Of a stretch of DNA of 64,000 bases, positions 59,722 through 64,000 are shown in pieces. The position numbers and the translations under genes were made by a program. The stretch spans positions 544,001-608,000 of the forward strand of contig OY970209.1 of NCBI GenBank assembly GCA_963713855.1, read 5' to 3'. Every line of letters begins with the position of its first letter. Position 1 is the first letter of the stretch. The DNA comes from an uncultured bacterium. GTDB lineage: Bacteria > Babelota > Babeliae > Babelales > Babelaceae. The notes beneath the pieces are model-generated. The model ran no database searches. It saw only the letters and a program-made list of their open reading frames with translations, and was not told the origin of the DNA.

Positions 59722-60726
59722 TTAAAGTTCTGATTGAGCAAGTTGTTTAGGAGCTTTATTAACTATAGAGCTTTCTTCTTGCGTAAAGATCTTTCTTGCC
59801 TCTTCGGCTTTATCTGAAAGACGTTGTGTTTCTTTAAGAAGAGCATCTGCCTCTTCTTTTGAAAGAACGGCTTTATTAACCCTGTCGTATACTTCTCTCG
59901 TAAAGGCAAAAGTATACTCTAATAATGGCCAAAGAAGTACCACGTAAAGCCCATATCGTCCGACGAGCATAATCGTATTTACGGTATCGCGTAATCGAAG
60001 CACACCCGCTGCGGTTAGTGCTGCTCCGCCAATAGCAGGTATTGCTGGCGAAACTCCGAACTTCTCGGATACCATTTTGTTGGCAGAGATGACTCCATCT
60101 TTTATGTTATTCAAAACAGAGCTTATATCAATTGATGAGGCAAGTACTGGTACCTCGGGAATGTGTTTACCAGCTAAATATAAAGCTCCGGCTCCTGCAC
60201 CGTATAGAGCTGCATACGGTACGCGAGAAAACGCTCTTAATAACGTTGGAATTACGGATTGTGCTCCCAGAATGCTAAGGCTTATCAAGATACCTGCCAT
60301 GATATCTTCCGGTAAGCCAACACGGGTAGCAATAAACGAATTTGTTTCTTGCAAAGTTTTCAAGGTAGACATTAGTGTTTCCTTGATTTTTTCTTGCTCT
60401 TCTTCTGTCAAGAGGTTGGGAAGAATTTTTTCGGTCAAGGTTCTAGTAGCAATTTTCGGAGGCCTAGTTTTTTCTTGTATATAATTTATCGCATTAAAGG
60501 CGCCGTTTGCAGCTGTCATTGCTTGTTCAGCGGCAAAATTGGAAGCCATTCTCAGATTTTCAAGGGTTAACTGTTGCCATATTTTTTCATCGAGAAAGTT
60601 AATTGACGGAATTGCAAACTCTGATGTCCATTCGCCACGAGGGATATTTAGCGTGACTTGATCTGCTTGTGCTTGAATTTCTAGAAAGGGTATCAATAGG
60701 ATTACTAGGGAAAATATATTTTTCAC
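59722..60726 (-). CDS. Hypothetical exported membrane-associated protein
   Basis: Signal peptide ending AQA, two Gly/Ala-rich hydrophobic hairpin regions. Confidence 0.72.
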   Translation of the reverse strand: MKNIFSLVILLIPFLEIQAQADQVTLNIPRGEWTSEFAIPSINFLDEKIWQQLTLENLRMASNFAAEQAMTAANGAFNAINYIQEKTRPPKIATRTLTEKILPNLLTEEEQEKIKETLMSTLKTLQETNSFIATRVGLPEDIMAGILISLSILGAQSVIPTLLRAFSRVPYAALYGAGAGALYLAGKHIPEVPVLASSIDISSVLNNIKDGVISANKMVSEKFGVSPAIPAIGGAALTAAGVLRLRDTVNTIMLVGRYGLYVVLLWPLLEYTFAFTREVYDRVNKAVLSKEEADALLKETQRLSDKAEEARKIFTQEESSIVNKAPKQLAQSEL

Positions 60727-60913
60727 TGCGACTCCAACTAAATTTACTAAACAAATACTCTTTGTATATAATAATATACCAACACTCTCTTTTTTGTAAA
60801 TGATTTTCGGTAAAAAATCTGATGTTCTTGAGAGGAATAGGCGGCTACTAAGGGGCTTTATAAGCTATCGACATGATCAGTTGCTCGAGAGCGCTTGAAG
60901 GAAAATAAAAGTG

Positions 60914-60941
60914 TTGACATAGCCCTGAGTTACGGTATAAT
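60914..60941 (+). promoter_or_regulatory. rRNA operon promoter P1
   Basis: TTGACA-N16-TATAAT with A-rich upstream sequence. Confidence 0.8.
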
Positions 60942-61026
60942 TCTTTATAGAATTTCGTTTGGCACTTAAAATTTGAGTCGACTTTTGACTTAAAGTTCAA
61001 GCAAAAAATAAAAATCGAAAAATTTG

Positions 61027-61054
61027 TTGACAGCTTACGCTTCAATGATATAAT
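61027..61054 (+). promoter_or_regulatory. rRNA operon promoter P2
   Basis: TTGACA-N16-TATAAT; boxA-like gttctttgacaa at about 61089-61100. Confidence 0.8.
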
Positions 61055-61149
61055 TATAAAAGTTTCTGAAAGCGAAGGCTTTCTAAAAGTTCTTTGACAA
61101 ACACAAAGAGAAAATTTGTCTACGATCTTGCGATCATCCAATAATTTTT

Positions 61150-62690
<1,541 letters not shown>

Positions 62691-62806
62691 GAGGGAGTAA
62701 AAGATCTACACTTTGGTGTGTAATTTATATAATTTGAATGAGCAAGATCGTAGACATCCTATAATTAATGAGTACAATAAATATTAGTAGGCAAAAGCTT
62801 CTGAGC

Positions 62807-62883
62807 GGGCCTATAGCTCAGGTGGTTAGAGCACCCCGCTGATAACGGGGAGGTCAGTCGTTCAAGTCGACTTAGGCCCACCA
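62807..62883 (+). tRNA. tRNA-Ile(GAT)
   Basis: CCCCG-CT-GAT-AA-CGGGG, located in the rRNA spacer, CCA. Confidence 0.96.
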
Positions 62884-62906
62884 AAAAGGCCTGACTTCCT
62901 TCAAAA

Positions 62907-62982
62907 GGGGGTGTAGCTCAGTTGGTAGAGCGTCCGCTTTGCAAGCGGAAGGTCATCGGTTCGAATCCGATCATCTCCACCA
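62907..62982 (+). tRNA. tRNA-Ala(TGC)
   Basis: TCCGC-TT-TGC-AA-GCGGA, G3:U70, CCA. Confidence 0.96.
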
Positions 62983-63165
62983 ACAAAACATACCAAATAA
63001 GGTATGTTTTGTGACGCCCAGTTAAGATGTCTTTTGTAATACTAAGTATATTTGGTAAAACTCTTTGTGTTTTAGTATAAAAATTATCGTGTTCTTTGAA
63101 ATGTATAGTGTAATATGTCCTAAGTGACAAATTACTGAGTATCTCAAAAGTTTTGAAAATTTAGT

Positions 63166-64000
<835 letters not shown>

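Overview
Bacterial chromosome window that looks like an intracellular parasite of protists, probably Ca. Dependentiae/Babelota (TM6). This is an inference from 16S features, a split ATP synthase operon and many orphan signal-peptide proteins. Housekeeping genes include a deoxynucleoside kinase, atpE-F'-F-H-A, rpe, groES/groEL, ftsL/ftsI-like, bamA, cysS, trxA, prfB, gmk, eight tRNAs and the start of an rRNA operon (16S-Ile-Ala-23S). Accessory content: (i) an IS200/IS605-family tnpB-only element whose two ends obey the IS608 guide/cleavage rules (TAM TCAC); (ii) three copies of an unnamed ~350-bp modular multi-hairpin intergenic element with terminal inverted repeats and compensatory base changes; (iii) three tandem exported proteins, each of about four Cache-like modules and no output domain; (iv) an FAD oxidoreductase plus MnmM-like pair that may be a split MnmC equivalent; (v) many candidate host-directed effectors (M48-like proteases, kinase-like, ankyrin, HicA-like, TIKI-like, MVL lectin). 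Single-base frameshifts in atpA, tnpB and one protease suggest indel errors in the assembly.
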